IMG/VR virus record: IMGVR_UViG_3300021964_000047 | Span: 1-64,000 of that record | Length of the DNA: 64,000 nucleotides | Source: a virus | Reading direction: 5' to 3' (one strand) | Part shown: in pieces, positions 10,639-20,849 of the stretch | Layout of the letters: every line of letters begins with the position of its first letter | How positions within the stretch are numbered: position 1 is the stretch's first letter | Translations under genes and position numbers: made by a program | The notes under the pieces: model-generated | What the model saw: only the letters and a program-made list of their open reading frames with translations | Told to the model about the DNA's origin: nothing | The model's database searches: none

Positions 10639-10810
10639 ATACTCGGAAGCAGTATACGAACAATTCTTTTTGCTTAAGCATTTTGGCGGATGGTCTCTTA
10701 TTGAGGCTTATAACCTTCCCGTGGGTCTTCGAAATTGGTTTGTGAAGCGTTTGCAGAAACAATTCGAGGACGAAAAGAAAGAAATGGAAAAAGCACGGAA
10801 GAAATCATAA
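10607..10810 (+). CDS. Small tail-assembly protein overlapping the chaperone gene in the +1 frame; either a TTG start at 10607 or a frameshift extension
   Basis: YEQFFLLKHFGGWSLIEAYNLPVGLRNWFVKRL; lies between chaperone and tape measure; no ATG in the conserved-looking part. Confidence 0.7.
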   Translation: MGPTFFGLTDKYSEAVYEQFFLLKHFGGWSLIEAYNLPVGLRNWFVKRLQKQFEDEKKEMEKARKKS

Positions 10811-10812
10811 TA

Positions 10813-10835
10813 ATGCCCGCAAGGGCATTTTTTTT
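10813..10835 (+). terminator. Rho-independent terminator
   Basis: ATGCCC-GCAA-GGGCAT hairpin followed by a T run. Confidence 0.8.
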
Positions 10836-10868
10836 ATAAAACTAATTATTGTATTGGAGAGCGTTGTC

Positions 10869-11216
10869 ATGAAGATTGATTTAACAAGAGACCCTAAACT
10901 CTTAACCGAGTCTTGGATAAGAGCTTTTGGCGAATGGAGCAAAACTTTACTTAAATATATCTATGGTAAAGATGTTAATATGGTTGCGAATCTTAATGAA
11001 GAAGAACAATCATTAAAATTTATCATTCGAGGCGAACAAAAGGACATAAAAGCTTATGCTACCGCTCTTTTTGCTGAAAAAGACTATCTCGAGGCTTATG
11101 CACAATTTGGCAAAGACCATCCAATGACCAATAAACAGCGTATTGTATTAAATCAAGCCGTTGGTGATTTTGAAAATAAAACCGGCATAACATGGCCTTT
11201 TAAAGACGAGGATTAA
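10869..11216 (+). CDS. Hypothetical protein upstream of tape measure
   Basis: ATG at 10869 with GGAG SD; ACTAATTA motif at 10841. Confidence 0.7.
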   Translation: MKIDLTRDPKLLTESWIRAFGEWSKTLLKYIYGKDVNMVANLNEEEQSLKFIIRGEQKDIKAYATALFAEKDYLEAYAQFGKDHPMTNKQRIVLNQAVGDFENKTGITWPFKDED

Positions 11217-11219
11217 TAA

Positions 11220-13715
11220 GTGGCTGATCCATTTCCAATAAAAAATATTGATGATCTTGCGCAAGCACTTGGAAAACTATCAAGAGAGCAGCGTAAAGCC
11301 GCCGGATTAGATACGGTATCTGTTGTTGACTCAAAGGATACAGCAGAATTAGAGAAACAACTTGCTTTAAAAAGAGAAGAGTTGATGCTCGAGAAGCAGC
11401 TCGCAGATGCTGTACAAGATGGCACAAAAGCAAGAGTTGCCCAAAAAGAATTAATGTATGAAGAACTTAAAGTACTTCAAAAAGCGTATGAATTAAATAA
11501 AGACGAAATAGCAAATAACGAAGAAGCGCTAGCTCAATTCCAGCAAAGATTAGATATTATCAAACAAACTTATGGTGTTGAAGCACTAACATTAGAAGAG
11601 TTACCAGATAAAATAGCAAAAACCAAAAAAGAATTAGATGAAGCTACTAAATTTAGCAACAAATATGAAAACTCAATCGATAGACTTGCTAGTAAAATGG
11701 TTATTGCCGGTAAAGGACCTATAGTCCAGTTTGCGTTAAAAACACGAGAACTTGGAAAAGAATTAGAAACAAGCGCAGAAGCTCAAATACAATTTCGACA
11801 AGCCATTCTTGATGCGTTCAATTTTACAAATCTTTTTGGTAATTTATTGAATGTTGTGGCCGAATCAACCATGACTCTTGTTAAAGGATTGGACGCCGCC
11901 TCAACATCACTCGCAGCTGCGACAGGTTTTGGAAATCAATTCAATCAAACAATGCGTGATGCACAACAGCAAGGCAATTATCTTGGTGTTACAATGGATG
12001 GCGCCGTTAAAGCGATTCAAGGCTTATCTGCTAACTTTACAAATTTCGTTAATATTTCAGGAGAGTCCCGCAGTGCACTTGTTGCTAATGTAGCCCAACT
12101 TGATAGAATCGGTGTGTCCGCTGATACATCTGCTGGTCTTATTAACTTCTTTAACCAGAACTTGGGCATGACTGCCGAAGAAGGCGTCCGTGTCACAAAA
12201 GAATTAGCCATGATGGGCCGACAATTGGGCATGACCTCCGCTCAAATAACAAAAGATTTCCAAGCAGCACTGCCAACTCTTGCGGTTTATGGCGATCGCT
12301 CTCAAGAGGTCTTCAAAGGTCTTGCGTCGGCTGCTAAGGTTGCTGGTGTCGAAATGAGTAAACTTCTTGGCTTGGCAGGAAAATTTGATACATTTGCTTC
12401 AGCGGCAGAAACAACCGGTAAATTGAACGCAATTCTGGGAACTCAAATGTCTGCTGTTGATCTTCTTCGTCAATCTGAGGAAGGAAGAATCGAGACTCTT
12501 ATTTCTAGTATGCAAGCACAAGGTCGATCGTTTAAGGATATGGATCGTTTCACACAGAAAGCAATAGCCGCTGCTGCTGGTATTGATGATCTTGCTGAAG
12601 CACAACGTATTTTTGGAATGGATATTGGCCAATATAAAGAATACCAAAACCAAATGAGCAGATCAGCAGATGTGCAAAGGAAATTCGAAGAAGCTGTTCA
12701 GAAAACTATTCCAATTCAAGAAAAACTACAATTAATCGCAGCAGAATTTGCGGTTGCTGTCACTCCAATATTAGAGAGGGTCACAAATTTTTTAGATGGT
12801 GTCCTTAAATTTTATTCATCATTTGATCCCGGAACAAAAGATATTATCAATAGCACAATTGTGGCGATTGGGGCTTTAGTATTATCAATTAAAACATTTG
12901 GAGCTGTAATTGCAATTGGTAAAACTTTGTTTCAGCCGCTGGCTTTTATGGGCAAGATTCTTGGCATGTTTTCTTCAACAACTGTTGATGCGGCCGAAGA
13001 AATGCGCGAGGCATCAGAACATGTTCCAGAAACAATGGAAAATATTTCAGAAGGAATTGGATCAGGAATCGAAAGAATTGCTGATGCGGCAGCACATAAT
13101 GCCAAGGGGCTTGGAATCTTGGTTCTTTCACTTATTGGTATTGCAGGCGCTGTTGCTTTGATGGGATACGCAATTAAGGGAACAGATTTCGGTGCTTTCG
13201 CTGGACTATCTTTGTTGATCTTAACATTGGTTGGTGCGGCCGCAGCGGCTGGTGCATTGGCCTCATCTGGAGTTGGTGCGCTTGTGGTTGCGGCTGGTTT
13301 TGGATTGTTAGCTTTAGGTATTGCTGGTATTGGCGCAGCACTACATGCGTTCCCAGTTGATGTTTTAAGTCAAGTTTCTTCAATCATGTCTTCTCTCGTT
13401 AATCTATCAATGGATAATGTAGCAGCCGTTGGAGCCGCATTTACTGCTCTTGCTGCTGGTTTACAAACTGTTTCAGATACTGCTAATCAGCTTGATGGAA
13501 AGAAAGTTAAGATCTCTTCTGTTATTGAGAATCTCGCTTTATTGAGTGTTGGAACTGCCAAAGATTCAATGACAGGAGCAAAAATATCAGCATCAGGCAT
13601 CAATGTTGTTAATAACCTAAAGAATGCAATCAATTTTGACGGAATGGAAGTTAAGGTTTCAATCGGAGGCAAAGAATTTGAGAGTGCAATTCTCGAGGTA
13701 GTACAAAAAAATTAA
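11220..13715 (+). CDS. Tail tape measure protein
   Basis: 831 aa Ala/Gly/Leu-rich helical protein with hydrophobic C-terminal segments; position after tube and chaperone genes. Confidence 0.85.
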   Translation: MADPFPIKNIDDLAQALGKLSREQRKAAGLDTVSVVDSKDTAELEKQLALKREELMLEKQLADAVQDGTKARVAQKELMYEELKVLQKAYELNKDEIANNEEALAQFQQRLDIIKQTYGVEALTLEELPDKIAKTKKELDEATKFSNKYENSIDRLASKMVIAGKGPIVQFALKTRELGKELETSAEAQIQFRQAILDAFNFTNLFGNLLNVVAESTMTLVKGLDAASTSLAAATGFGNQFNQTMRDAQQQGNYLGVTMDGAVKAIQGLSANFTNFVNISGESRSALVANVAQLDRIGVSADTSAGLINFFNQNLGMTAEEGVRVTKELAMMGRQLGMTSAQITKDFQAALPTLAVYGDRSQEVFKGLASAAKVAGVEMSKLLGLAGKFDTFASAAETTGKLNAILGTQMSAVDLLRQSEEGRIETLISSMQAQGRSFKDMDRFTQKAIAAAAGIDDLAEAQRIFGMDIGQYKEYQNQMSRSADVQRKFEEAVQKTIPIQEKLQLIAAEFAVAVTPILERVTNFLDGVLKFYSSFDPGTKDIINSTIVAIGALVLSIKTFGAVIAIGKTLFQPLAFMGKILGMFSSTTVDAAEEMREASEHVPETMENISEGIGSGIERIADAAAHNAKGLGILVLSLIGIAGAVALMGYAIKGTDFGAFAGLSLLILTLVGAAAAAGALASSGVGALVVAAGFGLLALGIAGIGAALHAFPVDVLSQVSSIMSSLVNLSMDNVAAVGAAFTALAAGLQTVSDTANQLDGKKVKISSVIENLALLSVGTAKDSMTGAKISASGINVVNNLKNAINFDGMEVKVSIGGKEFESAILEVVQKN

Positions 13716-13727
13716 GGTAACACAAGA

Positions 13728-14456
13728 ATGATTCCAAATTATTATTTTAATTCCTCGGACAAATCTTCCGAATATGCAACCAAAACTGGTGCTTTACTTG
13801 AATTCAAAAGTATGATTTCTGGTGTGAATGTTATATTTAAAGCATTTTTAACAGATTTTTCACAAAACTTTGCTTCAACATGGAACTCAGAGAATGTATT
13901 CGGGCGGATGGATCCAATCCCAACATTTGACAACACAAAAAGAACAATCTCGGTTGGTTGGGATATTCCGTCGTATGATATTACCGATGCAAAAAACAAT
14001 CTTCACAAATGCTCTGTATTGGTTCAAATGCTGTATCCAAATTATTCTGCGACTCAAAATTACACACCTGAAGACGAAGACACAGGAGCTTTCTCTTCAA
14101 CATTAGCCAATTCATTAACAAAGCCTCCTCTTTTAAAACTTAAATTTGCAAACTTAATCTCAACTTCTGCAATGGGAACAGATGATGGTCTTTTGGGCTG
14201 GGTTGATGGTATTAATTGGCAGCCAAAATTAGATGAAGGAATGTTCGCACACAACGGCAAGTTCTATCCAAAAGTTATTTCTTTATCTTGCACATTCAAT
14301 GTTCTTCATCAAGAAAATCTTATTAAAGACAACAAATCACAATTACCCGGTTTTCCATTTAATTCCGATGCCTTACCTTTGGAAGCGGACAATGCTAATG
14401 ATTTAGGTCTTATGCCATTAGCAAATCAAAATATTAAAACTACGATGGGAGACTAA
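13728..14456 (+). CDS. Baseplate/tail tube initiator-like protein
   Basis: FKAFLTDFSQNFASTW...VFGRMDPIPTFDNTKRTIS...PPLLKL motif; follows tape measure. Confidence 0.65.
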   Translation: MIPNYYFNSSDKSSEYATKTGALLEFKSMISGVNVIFKAFLTDFSQNFASTWNSENVFGRMDPIPTFDNTKRTISVGWDIPSYDITDAKNNLHKCSVLVQMLYPNYSATQNYTPEDEDTGAFSSTLANSLTKPPLLKLKFANLISTSAMGTDDGLLGWVDGINWQPKLDEGMFAHNGKFYPKVISLSCTFNVLHQENLIKDNKSQLPGFPFNSDALPLEADNANDLGLMPLANQNIKTTMGD

Positions 14457-14791
14457 TGATGTCCAGAAACTCAAACAGAAAGAAAGCAACCAATAATCAT
14501 TCCCAATATGAAGAATTGTTCGAGAACAGAAATATAAAACAAATTCAACAATATCGAACAAAAAAATTAACTTATCCCTCAAAAGAACAAATTGATAATC
14601 TTGAATTAACAAAATATTATTGGCAAGCAAATGACAATTTCTATAAGGTCTCCGAGAAATTCTATGGTGATCCAAAATATTGGTATATTATAGCTCAATT
14701 TAACAAAATCCCTTTCGAGGGAGATATCAAAGTCGGAGACACATTAATGATTCCTCGCCCATTGGCTAGGGTCGTACAGGTGATGAAGTAA
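14456..14791 (+). CDS. LysM-like baseplate wedge protein (gp53/gpX-like)
   Basis: DNFYKVSEKFYGDPKYWYIIAQFN...GDTLMIP. Confidence 0.8.
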   Translation: MMSRNSNRKKATNNHSQYEELFENRNIKQIQQYRTKKLTYPSKEQIDNLELTKYYWQANDNFYKVSEKFYGDPKYWYIIAQFNKIPFEGDIKVGDTLMIPRPLARVVQVMK

Positions 14792-17700
14792 TGGCTTTAA
14801 CAGATTCACAAAAAGAAGAAGTGCTTCGGGCAATTTATGAAGAGTCGGACATATCTGTAGAACTTGCAACATTAATTTTAGAAGACTCTACGTATAGATC
14901 TTATGTTGATAGTGTGGACGAAGATGACTACGATGCATTGGAAAACGGTTCTAGTAATTGGGCAGGGTTTTGGAATACAGTTCTGCCCAATTATCCGGCA
15001 TTAAGTGTCTTTACAGCAAAATATGCAGCACAAATAGCAGATAAAATCAATGGCGGTGGCTCATTTCAAGTTAGTGAATTAGATTTAATAATACGCAATA
15101 AAGATGATTTTAATAAAAATGCTTCTTGGGCGGCGCAAGCATATCGATATTATACGGATCAGTCTTCAAATTATATAGATGCTATTATCAGTGCTATTAT
15201 CGATAATCCTGATTCTATACCAGTCAATGAAATCCTTAAAAGCGGAGCCCAATTTGATATTGAAGGTTCTAAAAAACTGCGTGAGATTTTAGATACTTCT
15301 GGTATTGAAATAAAGGACCTTTATTTTGCTAGAGTGGCCCGAAATAATCTAGATTATATTTTAGATTCAGATAAAGATGGAAGATATGGAATAGGCTCCA
15401 TAGAAAAAACTAGTTTTGAAACAGTTGCTGCTGCAAATACCGAGATCGCAGAATTAAATAATAAACAAATAACATTTACAAAAGACTTGGGCGGCGGCCA
15501 GCAATTCAATGTATCAAATATTAGAAACACTGCTCCTACAATTTTTGAGGCTGTTTATAAAAGATATGTTTTCGCAATTTTCAAGGACGGCACAAATCCT
15601 CTAGACGCATTCAATAATTTAACTCAAGTTTATGCTACAGACGCTGCTCCTTTAATTTTAAGAGATTTTGAAAACGATAGAAGGAAAGCATTGTGGGACA
15701 ATCTTGTTGCTGCTAACGCTGATGGCAAAATAACACCACAAGAAGCTGCTGATGCTCTTAATTCTGCAAATGCTGATGCTTTATCGGATGCTAGTGCTGC
15801 TGGATTATCTGGTCGTATTGATGAAACCGATGGACTCTCTGATGCAGATATCGAGAAAAGACAAAGATTTTTTCAACAATGTGTTCTTTTACTTCGCATG
15901 AATGACCTTAAGACGTATTATTCGAATGATTTGAATTCAGACAATACTTCTGGTTTTCATAGCCCTGCTCCTTATAATGATCGTTTTTATATGATAACAG
16001 ACGGAAAAGATAATTCGACATTTGTCAATACTTTGATTGCGCCAAAAGGCGACACAATTAGAGATTTCATGAATATAACACCAGATATTCAAGCATTTTT
16101 AGTACCAAAAATAAGATTATTTAAAGTTTATGGAACCGGCGAGAGTTTAAATCAAGTAGAATTTGTTTTTCGTAATAATACATATGAAAACAATTACATG
16201 TCTAAATTGTTCTCCGATAATTCTGCTGTCATTAGAGGCTCCGGCTATGGTATCAAAGAAGTATCAATAGGATTTGAAGGAACCTCACCAGCAACAGCAA
16301 AAAATGATATAAAATTTGGTCTCAAGTTATATTTCCAAGATTTCCAAGATTTTGTGAAAACATTTAATACTGTTGATTCAAAGGGCGAAGCAGCAACAGC
16401 AAGATTTGTTGATTTGATTTTATTTGACCAAAAAGAAAATCCGCAAGTAACTGATAATCAATTGCGGCAACAATATGATCCTCAATATTACAGAATCAGG
16501 GCAGATATAGGCTGGCAGGTCCCTGATTCAAATGATCAACAGTTTGTGTCAGTATGCAACAAAAGAGGTTTGAGCGCGGAAGCTATTAAAAATGCAATTG
16601 TTAAAATGAATAAATCTTTTTATTTAACAATGGTCGAGCACAATTTAGATTTTGATAAAACAGGCGCAATCACGATTACCGCTGATTATAGAGCTTATAT
16701 TGAATCTCAATTAAAATCAACAAGATTTGATGCACTTTCCGATCCTACTATTGTTGCTTCTAGAAAACAAAGACAAGAAAAACTAGCGGCCGCACAAAAA
16801 GCCTGTACTCCGGGCGAAATAGCTCAACTAAAGTCAATTTATAATGGACAAGAAAAAGCCGAGATTGCAACAGTTCAAAAAAGAATTATCAACAAATTGT
16901 TTGAAAAAAATAAAATATTTAATATAACAGTTACAGACGACGGTGGCTTCAGGGAATCTGGTGTATTCTCAAAAATGCCAGAATACGAAGCCGCACAAGA
17001 TCCAAAAACATCCTCTGGAGATTCTGAGGATTTAATTCAATTTTTCTATCTTGGAGATTTGTTTTATATCATTCTTGATTCAATGTACGGTGAGTCCGGA
17101 GAACCTAAAATTGATAAAACAAAATTTATATTACCAAGTATTGAATTAGAGGCTTATCTTGGCGGCAATAGCGGGTATACCATAAATGTAGCAGAAATCC
17201 CTATTTCCATCAATTATTTTAAAGAATGGTATACACAGACAGTTGTCAAGCCACAAAGAAAATCATATGCTATTATGTATTTTATAAGAGATTTGCTAAA
17301 CAACTTGGTTGTTGATGCTCTTATAGATACTTGTTTTAATAGAGATTATGTTAAATCTTTTAGGTTTGATACCACAACGGTTACGACAAATGGCGATGTA
17401 CTGTCCAGCAAAGCAAATACAACAGATTATGTAATTAATATTGCAGATCCCGCTAATTCAAATTTGTTTCCTTTAACAGCAGAAAGCGCCACCGGTGAGC
17501 CAGTAGACATAGCTGATTTAGTTTCTTATATTTTTATTATACCGGTTTATAATACAATAACCAACAAGGGTCTTGGAAATTATTACGAGGATATTAATAG
17601 AGGTGTTTATCATTTTGAAATCGGAGCAGACAGGGGTATATTGAATGAAGTTAAGTTCAGCAAAATAGACATGGAATATATTCGCGAAGCTCGATTTGAA

Positions 17701-18387
17701 CAATCAAGAGGAGTTGACGATCTTTTGCAACTTGCGGCTGTTTATAAAGCATCTCTTAATTTATTTGGTAATACTTTATTTTATCCCGGAATGACTTTGT
17801 TTATTAATCCTTTTGGCATTGGTGGGCTTGATTTTATTCCCTCCGATCCTAATTCTATAGCCAATAAACTTGGTCTTGGTGGATACCATCTCGTTACAAG
17901 AGTGAATTCAATTATTTCAAACGGCTCTTTCAAAACTGATGTCGAAGCAATGTTTGTGTATCCGGGCGATGGAATAACCAGAGCTTTAGTTCAAGGAAAT
18001 AATCAGCCAAAAGATAGCCCGAATGAGTCTGTCGAAAACACTTCTCAAACACAGAGCCAAGAAGATGCTTATTTCTGTGATACTTTGATTAGAAGAGAAG
18101 CCGATTATTTGAAAGATATTACCAGATCAGCAGAATCTGATGAAAACAATGATATCGCAGCACCTACAGCAGAAGGAGTTACTGAGTCTTATAATCAAAA
18201 ACAAGGTTCTCCTCAATCAATACCGCCACCAAACGCACCAGCTCAAAGTCAACAAACTACAAATACCGAACCGCAAGGTATTATTCTCGATTCAAATAAT
18301 AGGCCGCAAACTTATTATAGTGTCGAGGTAAATAATAATGTTTTTTATTATTATGATCAAAATGGTAATTTAATTGTGAGTTATTAA
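14791..18387 (+). CDS. Large baseplate hub-like structural protein
   Basis: 1198 aa; C-terminal LNLFGNTLFYPG...LGGYHLVTRVNSII...FKTDVEA resembles gp27/GPD hub folds; follows LysM gene. Confidence 0.6.
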   Translation: MALTDSQKEEVLRAIYEESDISVELATLILEDSTYRSYVDSVDEDDYDALENGSSNWAGFWNTVLPNYPALSVFTAKYAAQIADKINGGGSFQVSELDLIIRNKDDFNKNASWAAQAYRYYTDQSSNYIDAIISAIIDNPDSIPVNEILKSGAQFDIEGSKKLREILDTSGIEIKDLYFARVARNNLDYILDSDKDGRYGIGSIEKTSFETVAAANTEIAELNNKQITFTKDLGGGQQFNVSNIRNTAPTIFEAVYKRYVFAIFKDGTNPLDAFNNLTQVYATDAAPLILRDFENDRRKALWDNLVAANADGKITPQEAADALNSANADALSDASAAGLSGRIDETDGLSDADIEKRQRFFQQCVLLLRMNDLKTYYSNDLNSDNTSGFHSPAPYNDRFYMITDGKDNSTFVNTLIAPKGDTIRDFMNITPDIQAFLVPKIRLFKVYGTGESLNQVEFVFRNNTYENNYMSKLFSDNSAVIRGSGYGIKEVSIGFEGTSPATAKNDIKFGLKLYFQDFQDFVKTFNTVDSKGEAATARFVDLILFDQKENPQVTDNQLRQQYDPQYYRIRADIGWQVPDSNDQQFVSVCNKRGLSAEAIKNAIVKMNKSFYLTMVEHNLDFDKTGAITITADYRAYIESQLKSTRFDALSDPTIVASRKQRQEKLAAAQKACTPGEIAQLKSIYNGQEKAEIATVQKRIINKLFEKNKIFNITVTDDGGFRESGVFSKMPEYEAAQDPKTSSGDSEDLIQFFYLGDLFYIILDSMYGESGEPKIDKTKFILPSIELEAYLGGNSGYTINVAEIPISINYFKEWYTQTVVKPQRKSYAIMYFIRDLLNNLVVDALIDTCFNRDYVKSFRFDTTTVTTNGDVLSSKANTTDYVINIADPANSNLFPLTAESATGEPVDIADLVSYIFIIPVYNTITNKGLGNYYEDINRGVYHFEIGADRGILNEVKFSKIDMEYIREARFEQSRGVDDLLQLAAVYKASLNLFGNTLFYPGMTLFINPFGIGGLDFIPSDPNSIANKLGLGGYHLVTRVNSIISNGSFKTDVEAMFVYPGDGITRALVQGNNQPKDSPNESVENTSQTQSQEDAYFCDTLIRREADYLKDITRSAESDENNDIAAPTAEGVTESYNQKQGSPQSIPPPNAPAQSQQTTNTEPQGIILDSNNRPQTYYSVEVNNNVFYYYDQNGNLIVSY

Positions 18388-18389
18388 TT

Positions 18390-19646
18390 ATGGCTAGATT
18401 TAACGGAAAAAACGATACAAACCAAACCAAAAACCTCATGGCTCAGAGGAATAATTACAATTACGGAGCCTATGCAAGAGATGAGGATGGTCTTGATATA
18501 AAACCAATAACAGATTTCAATTTCGCAGAACGAGCTTATTATGGACGTGTGGATTCTAGATTAAATCCAGTTTATCCGGATAATCAATTTATTAAATCGG
18601 TTCCTTATGTTAGACAACCGGAAACCACTCCATTTTTAATGGATTTTGTTGCAGATATGTTTGGAACATTATCAGAAAAGTTTTTTAGATCTTGCAAACT
18701 AGGCCAAATACCACAAAACGATCCTTATTTTACCGATCTTGTCGCTTATAATTCTTATGTTGATCCTGCTTTTGATTATAAAGAATATATTACAGCAATA
18801 TTAGACAATTTTAACAATGATTATCTATTTGGGGGCAATAGAGAAAAAGATGTTAAAACTGTAGAACAATATGTAATGCATTTAAAGAACTATAGCAAAG
18901 AATTAGGTGCAACTTTTCCCTTGACATTTTCTGGATTTATGTTAAGTAATCAAAGTAGCATTTTTAGTTCTGGTCTCGCAGTAACAATAGCAGACCTTCC
19001 AATGGATGTTGACGAAACCAAGGATGATCTTTTTATTAGAAACAGGAGTTTTCCGCTATTTCTTAATTTTGCAAAAGAAACGGGCTTTTCTGTAAACAAG
19101 AATGTGCCATATATGTTGGTTGCTGATTTGGAATCACCAATAACCAAAAAGTACATGGCTAAATATCTTCTTGGTTCCACCGATAGTATTTTTGGAACAA
19201 GATATAAGCAAACTTACACCTCCGATTTTGATAAGCTTTTAGATAATATTATAACATCTTATAGGGTGTTTGTCAACAAAAAATCTTATATAAAAACTCT
19301 GAAACCTTGTAATGGTAAGACTATATCGGAGATATCTTATAAAGAAAATATTAATAATAATGTTATTAGTAGATTAATTAATAATAATATATTATTTATA
19401 GATTTATATATTAATATAAGAAATATAGAAGAAAATAATCCTTTAAATGAAAATGAATTAATGACATTTAGTAGAGATATGAAAACTTATTTACAAAGAT
19501 ATGATAGATTAAAAGTAATGGAATTAATTAATGATAAGTTCACATCTGTCAGGAAGTTCAAGGACGGAGGGACATTTTCAAAAATAAATAAAAGAAATTT
19601 AAAAAAGGCCTTGACAAAAAAGATGGAGGATGTTACAATATATTAA
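18390..19646 (+). CDS. Hypothetical protein ending the structural module
   Basis: 418 aa ORF coupled to the hub gene. Confidence 0.65.
   Translation: MARFNGKNDTNQTKNLMAQRNNYNYGAYARDEDGLDIKPITDFNFAERAYYGRVDSRLNPVYPDNQFIKSVPYVRQPETTPFLMDFVADMFGTLSEKFFRSCKLGQIPQNDPYFTDLVAYNSYVDPAFDYKEYITAILDNFNNDYLFGGNREKDVKTVEQYVMHLKNYSKELGATFPLTFSGFMLSNQSSIFSSGLAVTIADLPMDVDETKDDLFIRNRSFPLFLNFAKETGFSVNKNVPYMLVADLESPITKKYMAKYLLGSTDSIFGTRYKQTYTSDFDKLLDNIITSYRVFVNKKSYIKTLKPCNGKTISEISYKENINNNVISRLINNNILFIDLYINIRNIEENNPLNENELMTFSRDMKTYLQRYDRLKVMELINDKFTSVRKFKDGGTFSKINKRNLKKALTKKMEDVTIY
19611..19639 (+). promoter_or_regulatory. sigma70-type promoter starting the replication module
   Basis: TTGACA-N17-TACAAT with TG extended -10 and upstream A tract. 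Confidence 0.8.
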
Positions 19647-19658
19647 ATCGGAGGCAAG

Positions 19659-20849
19659 ATGACATTTCAAACATTGGACGACAAACGAGACTGTAAAGGA
19701 GTATTCTACAACGGAGATTTTTATTTTGATAAATTGCCTCGCAATCTAGATCTTACATGGTCTTGGTCAGAACATTTGGAGGATTATAATGTCGACTTCG
19801 CAGAACTTTGGGTTAATGGACAGAGCATTGATAATTGCGCTCCTGATCATCTTGTTGATCGTTATGTATTTCGAAAGCGACGGTTGGAAGCACACGTTAA
19901 GGCGATTGTTGGATCGAAAATCAACTTGGATGATAATTGCATTTATGACTTGGTGCCTCGGCATATTCTGCGGCATTATTATCAGTTAAGAAACGAAATC
20001 ACCGAATGGGTCGTTGCAAACAATCCAAAACCAAAGAATTACTCTTTCCTCGTCGAAACACAGTCGACCATCAATAAAATAAGACAGCAGGAATTGCGAA
20101 TAGATTGGGATAATCACAATCTTTTGTTCCTCCAAGACCCAAAGGCAAGATCACTCTACAAACGATTTGCAAAGCAAAAATCTGCTGTTATTTACAATCT
20201 TTTTGGCACAATCACGGGTCGTTTGACCACAACCCAAGACTCATTTCCAATTATGAATCTTAAATCAGAACATCGCAAAATTGTGATGCCACGAAACGAT
20301 CTCTTTGTCGAATTGGACTTCAATGCTGCCGAGATCCGCACGCTTCTGGCTCTTGCCGGCTTGGACCAACCACAGGACGATATTCACAAGTTCAACATCG
20401 AGCAAGTGTTTAAGACCCCGATGAGCAGGGACAATGCGAAGCGACGATTCTTTGCTTGGCTTTATAATCCCGACTCAAAGGACGAGGAACTAAAAAATTA
20501 TTATAATAAAGAAAAAATACTTGACAAGTATTATAAAACAGGTTATATTAATACTATCTTTGGAAGAAAAATAGAATGTGATTCATTTCATGCTTTAAAT
20601 TATCTTCTTCAGAGCACCTCATCGGATAACTGTATGGATAGAGCAAACAAAATAATGAAAATGCTGTCTGGTCGTAAGTCAACAATCGCTTTCTGTCTTC
20701 ACGATTGCGTTGTTCTCGACTTCTCGAATCAAGACGCTCATTTGTTGCCTCAAATCAAGCAGGTATTCGAGCAAACTCGTCTTGGTAAGTTCAAAATTAA
20801 CCTAAAAGCAGGTAAAACTTATGGATTATTGGAGGATTTCTCATGGTAG
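19659..20849 (+). CDS. polA: Minimal family A DNA polymerase (polymerase domain, divergent)
   Basis: TITGRLT, motif A ELDFNAAEIR, DIH, motif B RDNAKRRFFAWLY, ALNYLLQS, motif C LHDC; only 396 aa. Confidence 0.8.
   Translation: MTFQTLDDKRDCKGVFYNGDFYFDKLPRNLDLTWSWSEHLEDYNVDFAELWVNGQSIDNCAPDHLVDRYVFRKRRLEAHVKAIVGSKINLDDNCIYDLVPRHILRHYYQLRNEITEWVVANNPKPKNYSFLVETQSTINKIRQQELRIDWDNHNLLFLQDPKARSLYKRFAKQKSAVIYNLFGTITGRLTTTQDSFPIMNLKSEHRKIVMPRNDLFVELDFNAAEIRTLLALAGLDQPQDDIHKFNIEQVFKTPMSRDNAKRRFFAWLYNPDSKDEELKNYYNKEKILDKYYKTGYINTIFGRKIECDSFHALNYLLQSTSSDNCMDRANKIMKMLSGRKSTIAFCLHDCVVLDFSNQDAHLLPQIKQVFEQTRLGKFKINLKAGKTYGLLEDFSW
20521..20549 (+). promoter_or_regulatory. Intragenic sigma70-type promoter inside polA
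   Basis: TTGACA-N17-TATATT with upstream A tract. Confidence 0.55.
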
